64,000 nucleotides of DNA from a virus. Below are positions 1 to 7,865 of the stretch, one piece after another. The DNA is taken from IMG/VR virus record IMGVR_UViG_3300031957_002677, positions 25,836-89,835 of that record; one strand, written 5' to 3'. Each line of letters starts with the position of its first letter. Within the stretch, counting starts at the first letter, position 1. The notes below the pieces were generated by a model. The model was not told the origin of the DNA and made no database searches. It saw nothing but the letters and a program-made list of their open reading frames with translations. The position numbers and the translations under genes are program-made.

Positions 1-156
1 ACGATTGTCTAATGCAACATATTCTGGATTACCATCATCATCAGTCAAATAGCAATCTTCAGCAGTGTAAATCCATGCCGAACAGGGTGCATCTTCTCCC
101 TGAACTTCGATCAGTTTGTTGACACGTTCTTGAAGTTGCTTGAGAGTGTAATTCAT
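1..156 (-). CDS. hypothetical early protein (partial, runs off window start)
   Basis: Manual translation from ATG at 156: MNYTLKQLQERVNKLIEVQGEDAPCSAWIYTAEDC..., open to position 1. Confidence 0.7.
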   Translation of the reverse strand, partial: MNYTLKQLQERVNKLIEVQGEDAPCSAWIYTAEDCYLTDDDGNPEYVALDNR

Positions 157-198
157 GATTTAGTCCTAATTTGGATGAGATTTGGAGTTAGTTAGGAG

Positions 199-366
199 TT
201 AAAAGACGTTTGTCCATCTTTCGTGCTGTATTCTGGTGATTCTACCATCATCAAGTAGATTATCACAGACACGACAGAAAACATCGAACTTTTCTAATCT
301 TGTCATGTTAGAGTCAATGCCAGTTGCAGTTTTTCCAACGACTTTGAGAACTTGATGTTTGAGCAT
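199..366 (-). CDS. small hypothetical early protein
   Basis: ORF 199..402; likely start ATG at 366 (MLKHQVLKVV...), just after the upstream stop. Confidence 0.7.
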   Translation of the reverse strand: MLKHQVLKVVGKTATGIDSNMTRLEKFDVFCRVCDNLLDDGRITRIQHERWTNVF

Positions 367-370
367 GATG

Positions 371-550
371 TTAGTTAGTGACGTAGGTTTGTGCGATTGC
401 ATCAGACTTGAATCGTCTGCATAACTTAAACAACAGTTTTAAGTCATCCTTAATCACATATCGGAACGAGGATGATTCAATCACAAAGTTACCATCTTCC
501 AACCATACTTGTGGGAGTTTCTTTTTGTAGATCGGGAAGTCAGTTGGCAT
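371..550 (-). CDS. small hypothetical early protein
   Basis: ORF 371..589; likely start ATG at 550 (MPTDFPIYKK...). Confidence 0.7.
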   Translation of the reverse strand: MPTDFPIYKKKLPQVWLEDGNFVIESSSFRYVIKDDLKLLFKLCRRFKSDAIAQTYVTN

Positions 551-554
551 GATG

Positions 555-722
555 TTAGTTGATGGGGAAGTTGGTGCAGACTGCATCACATAGAATGCGA
601 GTTAAATCATCACGTTCTCCCTGATATTGTTCAAGATGATCGTTGAAAAATCCATCAACAATAGCATCAATGTCTTCCATCAATTGTTCTCTTTGTGATA
701 ACATTTCGAGTTGATCGTTCAT
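555..722 (-). CDS. small acidic hypothetical protein (55 aa, missed by ORF track)
   Basis: Manual translation MNDQLEMLSQREQLMEDIDAIVDGFFNDHLEQYQGERDDLTRILCDAVCTNFPIN*; fills the gap in the operon. Confidence 0.7.
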   Translation of the reverse strand: MNDQLEMLSQREQLMEDIDAIVDGFFNDHLEQYQGERDDLTRILCDAVCTNFPIN

Positions 723-759
723 TTGAAGAGTGTGGAATAGGATTTGATAAGTGACATAA

Positions 760-1014
760 TCACCAACGAGTTTGAATCAGTGCAGAGTTGAAAAGTTGTG
801 GTTCTGTATGAAGATCAGTCACTTCATAGTTGTAACCATAAACACGATTGTCAACCTCTTTTTCAAACGATTCTTTGTTGATGTAGGACTTAGATTGCAT
901 GTCATTAGCAAATGTAACCGTCTTATACATTAGACGCTCACTGATACTTCCATCAGCATATTTGACGGGGTAGAAGTCAACAACCATGTTTCCGTGCTGT
1001 GCTGTGAGTTGCAT
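760..1014 (-). CDS. hypothetical early protein
   Basis: 84-aa ORF directly downstream of a repeated early promoter element. Confidence 0.75.
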   Translation of the reverse strand: MQLTAQHGNMVVDFYPVKYADGSISERLMYKTVTFANDMQSKSYINKESFEKEVDNRVYGYNYEVTDLHTEPQLFNSALIQTRW

Positions 1015-1030
1015 CGGGTTGAATCCGTTT

Positions 1031-1100
1031 CTTTGACTCTTTAATAATACACGAGATCGGGGTCAAATCAAGCAATGGTGGACACTTTGACCAACTGTCA
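1031..1100 (-). promoter_or_regulatory. repeated early promoter element (inverted repeat + sigma70-like -35/-10)
   Basis: Minus strand GACAGTTGGTCAAAGTGTCCAC...TTGATT-N16-TATTAT-TAAAGAGTCAAAG; close copies at 2356, 3255, 4696, 5657. Confidence 0.8.
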
Positions 1101-1655
1101 CAAGGGCAGCACTGCTCTTGATTGTTGTTGTTTTGGAACTTGAAGTTCTTCCATTATAATTTGCTTGGGTAAAAAGTTCCAACAATAGTAACTACTACTG
1201 AATGTAATCTTGTCGTTTGGTCTACCATCAGGAGAGTGAAACTTCATCCTCTTATCAAACATCAACAGTTGTAGATCCTTATCCTTAAACAACTGTTTCG
1301 GTGCAGAATCATTCAACCAAGTGTTAGTCATAATCAACGCAAATGGTTTATTAAATGATAATGCACGTTCAAAAAACTTACGTTTGTTTGTGAATGGTGG
1401 ATTGGATACAATCACATCCCAATGCACTTCAGGTTCCCAAGTTAGGAAGTCTTGACCAGTATCAAGATGTGACATTACAATTTGATTAGTCTGACCAATT
1501 TGCTGAACAAACTGACTCTCAACTTTATCGAATGGACACCAAACAATAGCATCCTCTGGGATGTACTTCAGGATGGGAGTAACACCATATTCAGGTGTAT
1601 ATGCTTCATCACCACCACCGTGACCATATGCCAGTTTTTTACTATCAATACTCAT
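1098..1655 (-). CDS. minimal DNA amino (N6-adenine type) methyltransferase
   Basis: DEAYTP (motif X-like), IVWCPFD (motif I-like), catalytic VIVSNPPF (motif IV). Confidence 0.7.
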   Translation of the reverse strand: MSIDSKKLAYGHGGGDEAYTPEYGVTPILKYIPEDAIVWCPFDKVESQFVQQIGQTNQIVMSHLDTGQDFLTWEPEVHWDVIVSNPPFTNKRKFFERALSFNKPFALIMTNTWLNDSAPKQLFKDKDLQLLMFDKRMKFHSPDGRPNDKITFSSSYYCWNFLPKQIIMEELQVPKQQQSRAVLPL

Positions 1656-1656
1656 A

Positions 1657-2166
1657 TCAACCTAAAATACATGTGCCAACAGCATAAATCTCTTTCTTAC
1701 TAATTGTAGCAGAAAGACGGGGATCTTTGTGGTTTCCATTGATTTTTCTAGTCCAATCTTTCTTCAACTTAGGAAGAAGAATTGAAAGAACGTCATCACC
1801 ACTTAATCTCCACACTTCTACCACTTTACCGTCCTCATATCGTGCAATGAAGTGATTATCATACTTACCAATTTTATTGTTGATAAGATAATCTTCCTGA
1901 TCTTCCCAAGTGTCTTGAACACTAATACCATTATATGTGCCATTGATGTTTTTGGCAATAGTAGATTTATATTCTAAAGGTTTGCCATCTTTATCAAAAG
2001 CATCCGCACCACTGTAATCATCTGCTACAGTATGACCCAGCAATCCTGCTAAGTGAATCTCACGGGATCGAGCATATGAGAAAGGATCACCCCAACCTTG
2101 TTCTCCACAAAGTGAATACATCTCTTCAAACAGTTGTTGAAACTTTTGTTCGGGTGTCATAATCAA
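1657..2166 (-). CDS. putative PD-(D/E)xK nuclease-fold protein
   Basis: E...GADAFDKDGKPLEYKST fits the E...D-x(n)-ExK pattern; abuts the methyltransferase gene. Confidence 0.5.
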   Translation of the reverse strand: MIMTPEQKFQQLFEEMYSLCGEQGWGDPFSYARSREIHLAGLLGHTVADDYSGADAFDKDGKPLEYKSTIAKNINGTYNGISVQDTWEDQEDYLINNKIGKYDNHFIARYEDGKVVEVWRLSGDDVLSILLPKLKKDWTRKINGNHKDPRLSATISKKEIYAVGTCILG

Positions 2167-2345
2167 TAAGAATAGGTTGAGAGGTTACGAGCAGGAACGT
2201 GATAACTATTGTCAGGTTTGTTTGCATCGAAAACCCATACTAGTTCATCATCGGATGCTTTGTAAACATCCATGGCAAACATAGGAACAAGTTTGACCAT
2301 CAGAGCACCCCAGTGGTATTCGGTTTCAAAGTCGAGAGTCAGCAT
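2163..2345 (-). CDS. small hypothetical early protein
   Basis: ORF 2163..2426; the part upstream of ATG 2345 overlaps the promoter repeat. Confidence 0.65.
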   Translation of the reverse strand: MLTLDFETEYHWGALMVKLVPMFAMDVYKASDDELVWVFDANKPDNSYHVPARNLSTYSY

Positions 2346-2355
2346 AGGTCTGTTG

Positions 2356-2426
2356 CTTTGACTCTTTAATAATACACGATTTTGGGGTGCTGTGGTGGTT
2401 TGGTGGACACTTTGACCAACTGGCAC
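2356..2426 (-). promoter_or_regulatory. repeated early promoter element
   Basis: GTGCCAGTTGGTCAAAGTGTCCAC...CGTGTATTATTAAAGAGTCAAAG; -10/leader identical to the 1031 and 4696 copies. Confidence 0.8.
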
Positions 2427-2441
2427 ACCCAGACTTTAATT

Positions 2442-2672
2442 CTATTCTCTTTCGAGTGTAAGATCGGGTGCGAAGAATATCTCTACACCACCATCTTGAG
2501 GGTCTTGACCATCAACAATCCACTCTTCATAGCAAGCAATTGCATCAAAGTTGCGGTTATCTGCTGCACAAGTTGTCATTGCTTTGAAGTAAGTCTCTCC
2601 CATAGCATCAATCAATTCATCATTATCATTGCTCTGGTTGAATGTGAAAAGGTCCAAAGTGGTGTTAAACAT
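2442..2672 (-). CDS. acidic hypothetical protein
   Basis: 76-aa ORF in operon context. Confidence 0.7.
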   Translation of the reverse strand: MFNTTLDLFTFNQSNDNDELIDAMGETYFKAMTTCAADNRNFDAIACYEEWIVDGQDPQDGGVEIFFAPDLTLERE

Positions 2673-2674
2673 GT

Positions 2675-3001
2675 TTAGTTAGTGAATTGGTTGAAGAGAA
2701 TAGATTCTAAAGAATATGCTTCGTTTTCTCTCTCTTCGTCATCAAATTGTCCACTCTCATTTTGAACAACGTGAACTAATTCGTGCAGCAATGTGGTGAT
2801 ATAGTCCTTTTCATTCAGATCATTGTGAATCTGAACAAATTGCTCATCACCATTAACCTCAGTAAATCCAAAGGCATTATCATCACTTAGGTCAGTGTGA
2901 TAAACCTCAACGTCACTGTCAATCTCGTATTTGGTTGTAAAGAATTCAAACACACTTTGAGTGAGGTGAGTGTGTTGAGACTTGCCAGAGGTGAATAACA
3001 T
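2675..3001 (-). CDS. small HExxH zinc metallopeptidase-like protein
   Basis: TLLHELVH followed by a downstream ENEAY third-ligand segment. Confidence 0.7.
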   Translation of the reverse strand: MLFTSGKSQHTHLTQSVFEFFTTKYEIDSDVEVYHTDLSDDNAFGFTEVNGDEQFVQIHNDLNEKDYITTLLHELVHVVQNESGQFDDEERENEAYSLESILFNQFTN

Positions 3002-3243
3002 CAGTAGGAAACTGCGAAAGTGTTGTTAAGTTTGTCTTGAGTTACTGTCTCCTTGCCAGACAACATGCTGAATTGATCATACAAAATCCAGGCATCTGCG
3101 TCTTCTGAAATAACAGCAAAACCGAAACATCCTGCCATTGGCATCATGTATTTGCCATGATTTTCTGCCTGTTTGAGTGATGAAAATCCACGGGCAGTGA
3201 TTGTCCAATCCTTACCAAAGTAAGCACAGATGAAGTCTTGCAT
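3001..3243 (-). CDS. hypothetical early protein
   Basis: 80-aa ORF directly after a promoter repeat. Confidence 0.7.
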   Translation of the reverse strand: MQDFICAYFGKDWTITARGFSSLKQAENHGKYMMPMAGCFGFAVISEDADAWILYDQFSMLSGKETVTQDKLNNTFAVSY

Positions 3244-3254
3244 GGGTTGAATTC

Positions 3255-3326
3255 CTTTGACTCCTATAGAATACAGGAAAACGAGTCCAGATCAACCGAT
3301 AGTGGACACTTCGACCAACTGTCCAC
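3255..3326 (-). promoter_or_regulatory. repeated early promoter element with near-perfect 25-bp inverted repeat
   Basis: GTGGACACTT-CGACC-AACTGTCCAC (3302-3326), then TTGATC...TATTCT and GAGTCAAAG on the minus strand. Confidence 0.8.
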
Positions 3327-3351
3327 CAGTCAGAGCAAGGGATCTCAAGGT

Positions 3352-3440
3352 GATATAAACTGATTTTTCCATATTTTAATCTGAAATGGGCATCAGGTCA
3401 TCCCCAACAACAAAACTATGGAAAAATCAATTTACTTATC
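3352..3440. repeat. intergenic inverted repeat (13-bp perfect core arms, 43-nt spacer)
   Basis: TGATTTTTCCATA (3361-3373) is the reverse complement of TATGGAAAAATCA (3417-3429); arms extend imperfectly. Confidence 0.65.
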
Positions 3441-3767
3441 CCACCAGTGTCGAGTTTTGTCTGCAATCCACCCCAAACCACAAATTGCTGCGATGGGTAC
3501 AATAATCCACCAGAACTCCATGATCAACCAAGTTACAAAAACTATGCAACCAAGTATAAACCATCCACCCATATCTCCTGCGGAAGATATAAAGGAAGAA
3601 CTCTGACCATCTTCAAGTGAACCTACTTCTACAAGATTAGAAATAGATTCTGCACCATAAATGTATCTAAATTGTTTTTCAGCACCAGAATAACTACTAG
3701 AATTAACTTCTAAAGTTTGATATCCACCTTCAGACCCCAACCAACATTTTGCACGATAAGTTGCCAT
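3432..3767 (-). CDS. hypothetical membrane protein
   Basis: C-terminal hydrophobic Trp-rich helices (GWFILGCIVFVTWLIMEFWWIIVPIAAICGLGW). Confidence 0.75.
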   Translation of the reverse strand: MATYRAKCWLGSEGGYQTLEVNSSSYSGAEKQFRYIYGAESISNLVEVGSLEDGQSSSFISSAGDMGGWFILGCIVFVTWLIMEFWWIIVPIAAICGLGWIADKTRHWWDK

Positions 3768-3770
3768 CAG

Positions 3771-4157
3771 TCAATCCTCCCAATGTTCATAAGACCATTT
3801 GTTATTAGTGACAGAGTAGTAAACATCTTTGATGCCACATTCTCTGAGGTATGCTTCGCAAATTGGGCAAGGTCTTGCCATCCTAAGTTCAGTTTGATTA
3901 CGACCTCCCAAACGTGCAACAATAATTTTATCCCCATCTTCTTTAGATTTAACTAAAGCAGATAATTCTGCGTGAAGATAGATTTTTTGTGGTCGTCCTA
4001 CTTTTCGTGCCCAATGTGCTTGAAGTGGATGAGTTTTCTTCTCATTGTTAGTTGCACAGACAAGAACACGATTCTTTTTAAGTAGAATAGCACCAACCTT
4101 TTTCTTTGAAGGTGATGATTCTGCGACCTCAGTTGCAAGTTTGAAAAGATTTTCCAT
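3771..4157 (-). CDS. zinc-dependent cytidine/dCMP deaminase-fold protein
   Basis: VGAILL, LHAE and RPCPIC motifs. Confidence 0.85.
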   Translation of the reverse strand: MENLFKLATEVAESSPSKKKVGAILLKKNRVLVCATNNEKKTHPLQAHWARKVGRPQKIYLHAELSALVKSKEDGDKIIVARLGGRNQTELRMARPCPICEAYLRECGIKDVYYSVTNNKWSYEHWED

Positions 4158-4468
4158 CAGCAGTCTTCCGACGAGGTTTCTTCTTCAGAGTTCCAAAAAT
4201 CTTCCCAATCTGCATCATCTGCATCTCTGACTGCATTGAATTTTTCAAGCAGTCGTGAACACTTTTGCTCATATCTTGCAAAGTATTCATGACTACCACG
4301 GACCTCTGCAATAATATCATCAAATAGTTCTTCCATTGATGTTTCTTCATCTGAAATGTAGTCAAAGATGACATCATTCAGACGTTCACGACGTTGCTCA
4401 GAGTAAGACATATTAAGAAATCTGTTTTTATCGTAGTCCATAAGTGATTGAATAGTAGGATAACACAT
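4157..4468 (-). CDS. acidic hypothetical protein
   Basis: 103-aa ORF whose stop overlaps the deaminase start; exact start uncertain. Confidence 0.65.
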   Translation of the reverse strand: MCYPTIQSLMDYDKNRFLNMSYSEQRRERLNDVIFDYISDEETSMEELFDDIIAEVRGSHEYFARYEQKCSRLLEKFNAVRDADDADWEDFWNSEEETSSEDC

Positions 4469-4499
4469 TGTAATTTAGTAGGTAAATGCTTCAGAAAAA

Positions 4500-4685
4500 T
4501 TACTCAAAGCATGGAATCTTTGATTTTGCCTCTGCTTCATACTTTTCAGCATAAACACCAGCAATCCATTCAGTTTCGAGTTGTGTTGGTTGCTCACCGT
4601 ATCCAATTTGTGGACCTAAATCGGATTTACGACCGACCCAGATACGTTGCCGAGTTTGAAGATTTGATGCTTGTGAGAGGATCAT
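4500..4685 (-). CDS. small hypothetical early protein
   Basis: ORF 4500..4730; ATG at 4685 lies just after the promoter repeat. Confidence 0.65.
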   Translation of the reverse strand: MILSQASNLQTRQRIWVGRKSDLGPQIGYGEQPTQLETEWIAGVYAEKYEAEAKSKIPCFE

Positions 4686-4695
4686 GGTTGTGTTC

Positions 4696-4766
4696 CTTTG
4701 ACTCTTTAATAATACACGACTGAGAGGCATCTACAAGGGTCTGTGTGCCACTTGTTTCATCGTCCA
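4696..4766 (-). promoter_or_regulatory. repeated early promoter element (degenerate inverted repeat)
   Basis: TGGACGATGAAACAAGTGGCACAC...TTGTAG...CGTGTATTATTAAAGAGTCAAAG. Confidence 0.7.
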
Positions 4767-5656
4767 GGTGTCTCCCAACGTTTCGGCATATTAAAGTTGA
4801 ACATCGAGAAAATTTCACGATCTACAAGTTTAACAACCTGACCAGATTCATCAGCAATAGTGAAACCTTCCTGCTTGATTTGCAGAGACCCAATGAAAGA
4901 CTTGGGACAATTTGTGATCTTGATACTATCCATCAGATCCTCTTTCATCTCAATCACAGTGAGATAAAGACTTGCAAGTTTAGGACAATCAAACACCAAC
5001 GTAAGCAATTCATGCGTCAGTTCTTTTTGTTCTCGAATGAAAGCATTGATGATTTTCTTACAGCAATCTGATGTACGTTTGTCCAGGAACTTAACATCAC
5101 TAACATCAATTTGTGGTGTTTTTGGTCCTGGCATCCAATCGACGCAAGGTTGAACCCACTTAACCTTTTGATTGTCAACAAAATGCTCTTTAAGTGGAGA
5201 TGCTACAGCATTGCGAAGATCATCTTCTGCAAAGTATTCAGTATGAGGTGCAACAATAAACTTTTGTGTTACATACTCGGGAAATTCATAAGAGATTGTA
5301 TTCTGAGTGAAAATACGTTCAGCACCCCAACCAAGAAAGTCACCTTGAAAGATTCGATCAGTGCGAGGGAGAAATTGATAAGCAAGATGAAGAATCTCTG
5401 CCATCTCACCATCATAGAAGAAATCAATTTCTTCAGATGAGTGTGCAATACGAATCTTTTTCTTGTTGAAAACTGCTTTGTTACCAACGAAAAATGTGCC
5501 AGTGGCAGGATCTTTACCCCAAACAATAGCAATACCATCCATCTTCACACTTGCATGTGTGAAATTGTAAAGTAGATCAATGGCAGAAAGATCACCAGTC
5601 AGGATGCAATCTTCTGGATGTTCTTGGTGCTTGTTTTGCATTGTTGTGTTTTTCAT
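4757..5656 (-). CDS. ligase-like nucleotidyltransferase-fold protein
   Basis: HQEHPED, VKMDG (KxDG motif I-like), FQGD, QEGF, VKLVDR; start probably 5656 because 5657-5723 is the promoter repeat. Confidence 0.55.
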   Translation of the reverse strand: MKNTTMQNKHQEHPEDCILTGDLSAIDLLYNFTHASVKMDGIAIVWGKDPATGTFFVGNKAVFNKKKIRIAHSSEEIDFFYDGEMAEILHLAYQFLPRTDRIFQGDFLGWGAERIFTQNTISYEFPEYVTQKFIVAPHTEYFAEDDLRNAVASPLKEHFVDNQKVKWVQPCVDWMPGPKTPQIDVSDVKFLDKRTSDCCKKIINAFIREQKELTHELLTLVFDCPKLASLYLTVIEMKEDLMDSIKITNCPKSFIGSLQIKQEGFTIADESGQVVKLVDREIFSMFNFNMPKRWETPGR

Positions 5657-5723
5657 ACTGTTAGTATGGCACGGAACGACAGGGAAATCAAGTGATAGTG
5701 GACACTTCAACCAACTGGCACAC
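5657..5723 (-). promoter_or_regulatory. repeated early promoter element
   Basis: GTGCCAGTTGGTTGAAGTGTCCAC...TTGATT...TGCCATACT. Confidence 0.75.
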
Positions 5724-5819
5724 TCAAAAACCACTCAGCAGAGAATAAGTTAATCGAGTTCCCCAATTCATAATGATGAAGAATGAACCCACGAATATAA
5801 GTTTTTCTTTAGAAGTCAT
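5724..5819 (-). CDS. 31-aa hydrophobic microprotein (missed by ORF track)
   Basis: MTSKEKLIFVGSFFIIMNWGTRLTYSLLSGF*; ATGA overlap with the upstream stop. Confidence 0.6.
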   Translation of the reverse strand: MTSKEKLIFVGSFFIIMNWGTRLTYSLLSGF

Positions 5820-6094
5820 CGGGAAAGTCTAACATTTGAACCAACACAATGTAGTTGTTCACCAGTCCACACGTTGTGGGTACGATAATTGATTGAAGTT
5901 TCACTTTCAATGGTCCATCCATCATTAAGGTACTTTCGCAACCCATTAACATCTGTGTCAAACTCACAAAATAACCAACCAAAGGTATCTGCGGTTTTCA
6001 CTGATAGATACATATATTCTTTTTCTCTTGCCTCAGAAGAACAACCAGAGAGAAGAAAAATTGCAGTAGCAGAAAGAAGAAATAGTTTTTTCAT
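5816..6094 (-). CDS. putative lipoprotein, paralog of 6154..6438
   Basis: MKK + hydrophobic stretch + LSGC lipobox; shares TFG..C..D...KYL..GW...SET...C.G..V with its neighbour. Confidence 0.75.
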   Translation of the reverse strand: MKKLFLLSATAIFLLSGCSSEAREKEYMYLSVKTADTFGWLFCEFDTDVNGLRKYLNDGWTIESETSINYRTHNVWTGEQLHCVGSNVRLSR

Positions 6095-6097
6095 TGT

Positions 6098-6154
6098 TTA
6101 GAAGTCATCGATGATAATGTATGGTATTTGTTCATTAAAATACTGAATTTCCAT
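6098..6154 (-). pseudogene. 18-codon ORF, possible relic N-terminus of a 2OG-Fe(II) oxygenase gene
   Basis: MEIQYFNEQIPYIIIDDF* resembles oxygenase N-termini in this window (MNYQINTEPFSHVIIEETF); coupled to the upstream stop. Confidence 0.35.
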
Positions 6155-6438
6155 CACTCATGCTTTACAAGAACAACAGAAGCACCAATACAATTAATAA
6201 CTTGTGTTCCTTGATTACCAAAACCTCTTGTTTGGAATTGCATTGGAGTTTCACTTACAAATTCCCATCCATTTGCAAGATACTTTTTGATATCTTTAAT
6301 GGAAGAGTCCCATCCACAATAAGCATAACCAAACGTACTTCTGGTCATAACTTTAAATTGCTTGTAACGTGGTTTTGCTTCAACAGATGCAGGAAGGAGA
6401 ATTAGTGCGGCAGCAGCAAGAGGAAGTAGTTTTTTCAT
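6154..6438 (-). CDS. putative secreted protein with signal peptide
   Basis: MKKLLPLAAAALILLPASVEA signal peptide; two Cys conserved with paralog 5816..6094. Confidence 0.75.
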   Translation of the reverse strand: MKKLLPLAAAALILLPASVEAKPRYKQFKVMTRSTFGYAYCGWDSSIKDIKKYLANGWEFVSETPMQFQTRGFGNQGTQVINCIGASVVLVKHE

Positions 6439-6441
6439 TGT

Positions 6442-6993
6442 TCAGAAGTTTAGATAGTTTTCGATTGCTTTGTTGATAGCATCAGATAAGAATGATGGTG
6501 GTTGAATAACATCAAACTCACCTAGATCGCACTCATAATAGTCACCCAATTTAAGTTCAATCATGGCACCGTCAGCACCTTCCTGATAGAGAGATCGTGC
6601 TGTTTCATCTTCAACAATCACCACACGACGTGCGGTAAGATCCATCACCATCATGTAGTCAAATGTTTTTATTTGCTTGAAATCTTCTACAGTTTTAGTC
6701 TCACTCAGGAAAGATTTGACTTTAAACTTTTTTGTGGCATTGACATCTTTACGTTTATAGAATAAATTCTTACCCATCTTCAGTTCTACTTTCTTATCAC
6801 CAAAGAGAAAATCATATCCAGTTTGATCAACACGGACCAGATCTGAGAACTTTGCGATTGCTTTCTCAACAGCAGTTGCACGGGCAAAGTTATCAGCATT
6901 TGAGGTGAATCCTTTGTCACTGTAGAGAGAATCTACAACACCAAAGATCTTACCCCAGTCAGTTTTTGTTTCGAGAGAGTCAATCAGGTGCAT
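6442..6993 (-). CDS. putative PD-(D/E)xK nuclease-fold protein
   Basis: AVE...GYDFLFGDKKVELKM pattern; likely start at 6993 (MHLIDS). Confidence 0.5.
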   Translation of the reverse strand: MHLIDSLETKTDWGKIFGVVDSLYSDKGFTSNADNFARATAVEKAIAKFSDLVRVDQTGYDFLFGDKKVELKMGKNLFYKRKDVNATKKFKVKSFLSETKTVEDFKQIKTFDYMMVMDLTARRVVIVEDETARSLYQEGADGAMIELKLGDYYECDLGEFDVIQPPSFLSDAINKAIENYLNF

Positions 6994-7201
6994 CGTTTTG
7001 TTGAGAAAAAGTTTTTTCTGTGATAGAGTGCATATCACTCAGAATCTGTAACTCTTTAAGATGCCATGAAGAAAGATTTGAGATAGCATGATTCATACAG
7101 TGCTGAAGAACCTCTGCTCCATCATCATACTCACACAATTCGCAGATTGTGTCCGCAAACCACGTTTCGTAATCTTTCTTAACCTTATCTGGAGTTTTCA
7201 T
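6980..7201 (-). CDS. hypothetical protein
   Basis: 73-aa ORF in overlapping operon. Confidence 0.65.
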   Translation of the reverse strand: MKTPDKVKKDYETWFADTICELCEYDDGAEVLQHCMNHAISNLSSWHLKELQILSDMHSITEKTFSQQNDAPD

Positions 7202-7394
7202 CGTTCCTAGTAAGTTGCTCCACTATTTCAATGTTAGCATATGTTTCATAATATGCCAAATCCCACAATTCATTAAGAATTGCATCATATTCTTTGTAAG
7301 ATGATCCGTTTACGATACTATTCACCTGTTGTTTGCGAACAGCATCATAAACAAGTTTCCACTGATGATGATTCAAATTCATAATATCTATCAA
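7185..7394 (-). CDS. hypothetical protein
   Basis: 69-aa ORF in overlapping operon. Confidence 0.65.
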   Translation of the reverse strand: MIDIMNLNHHQWKLVYDAVRKQQVNSIVNGSSYKEYDAILNELWDLAYYETYANIEIVEQLTRNDENSR

Positions 7395-7783
7395 CCCTGA
7401 TAGTATGCGTTACGATACAAATAACCACCAGTCCATTCACAATTCTCCAATAAAAATTCACGTTCTTGAATGATCAAGAGATTGAAACGAACACCTTTTG
7501 CAGGTGATTTGTATGATGCTGCCTTGTATACTTCACCAGTCTTCTTGTCAATAAAGGCATGAACTGAATCGTTTTTGCCATTTTTAGTCATGAAGATCTT
7601 GTGATACTTACGACCCATAGAATCAAGATAGAAACCAATGTTACTACCAGTTTGTGGAGCAGTTTGAGTCAGTGCATCACATAAAATGAGGCAAAACTTA
7701 GTGACATTCAACTGAATAGTGTTTCGTGCATCTTGTGTGGCAACGAAATCAGAAAATTCTTTGTTCACTGGTGTGGTGGTCAA
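7391..7783 (-). CDS. conserved phage early hypothetical protein
   Basis: GRKYHKI, SVHAFIDKKTGEVYKAASYKSPAKGVRFNL and WTGGYLY motifs typical of a widespread phage family. Confidence 0.75.
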   Translation of the reverse strand: MTTTPVNKEFSDFVATQDARNTIQLNVTKFCLILCDALTQTAPQTGSNIGFYLDSMGRKYHKIFMTKNGKNDSVHAFIDKKTGEVYKAASYKSPAKGVRFNLLIIQEREFLLENCEWTGGYLYRNAYYQG

Positions 7784-7799
7784 CTGCTTTCTTCAGAAC

Positions 7800-7865
7800 A
7801 AATATAATATAGAGCATTTCTAAGGCAAAGTCAAGACCTAGTGTACAGTTCACTTACTGGCACAG
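7800..7865 (-). promoter_or_regulatory. early promoter element variant
   Basis: GTGCCAGTAAGTGAACTGTACAC then TTGACT...TATATT/TATTAT on the minus strand. Confidence 0.65.

Noticed and set aside
722-757. Possible 1-nt frameshift separating MSLIKSY (ATG 757) from the 555..722 ORF
   Set aside because: ATG 722 gives a plausible gene by itself; cannot be decided without homolog alignment or reads
1031-5723. Repeated elements as a CRISPR array or IS ends
   Set aside because: Copies are about 1 kb or more apart, each precedes an ORF with -10-like boxes, and no cas or transposase gene is visible
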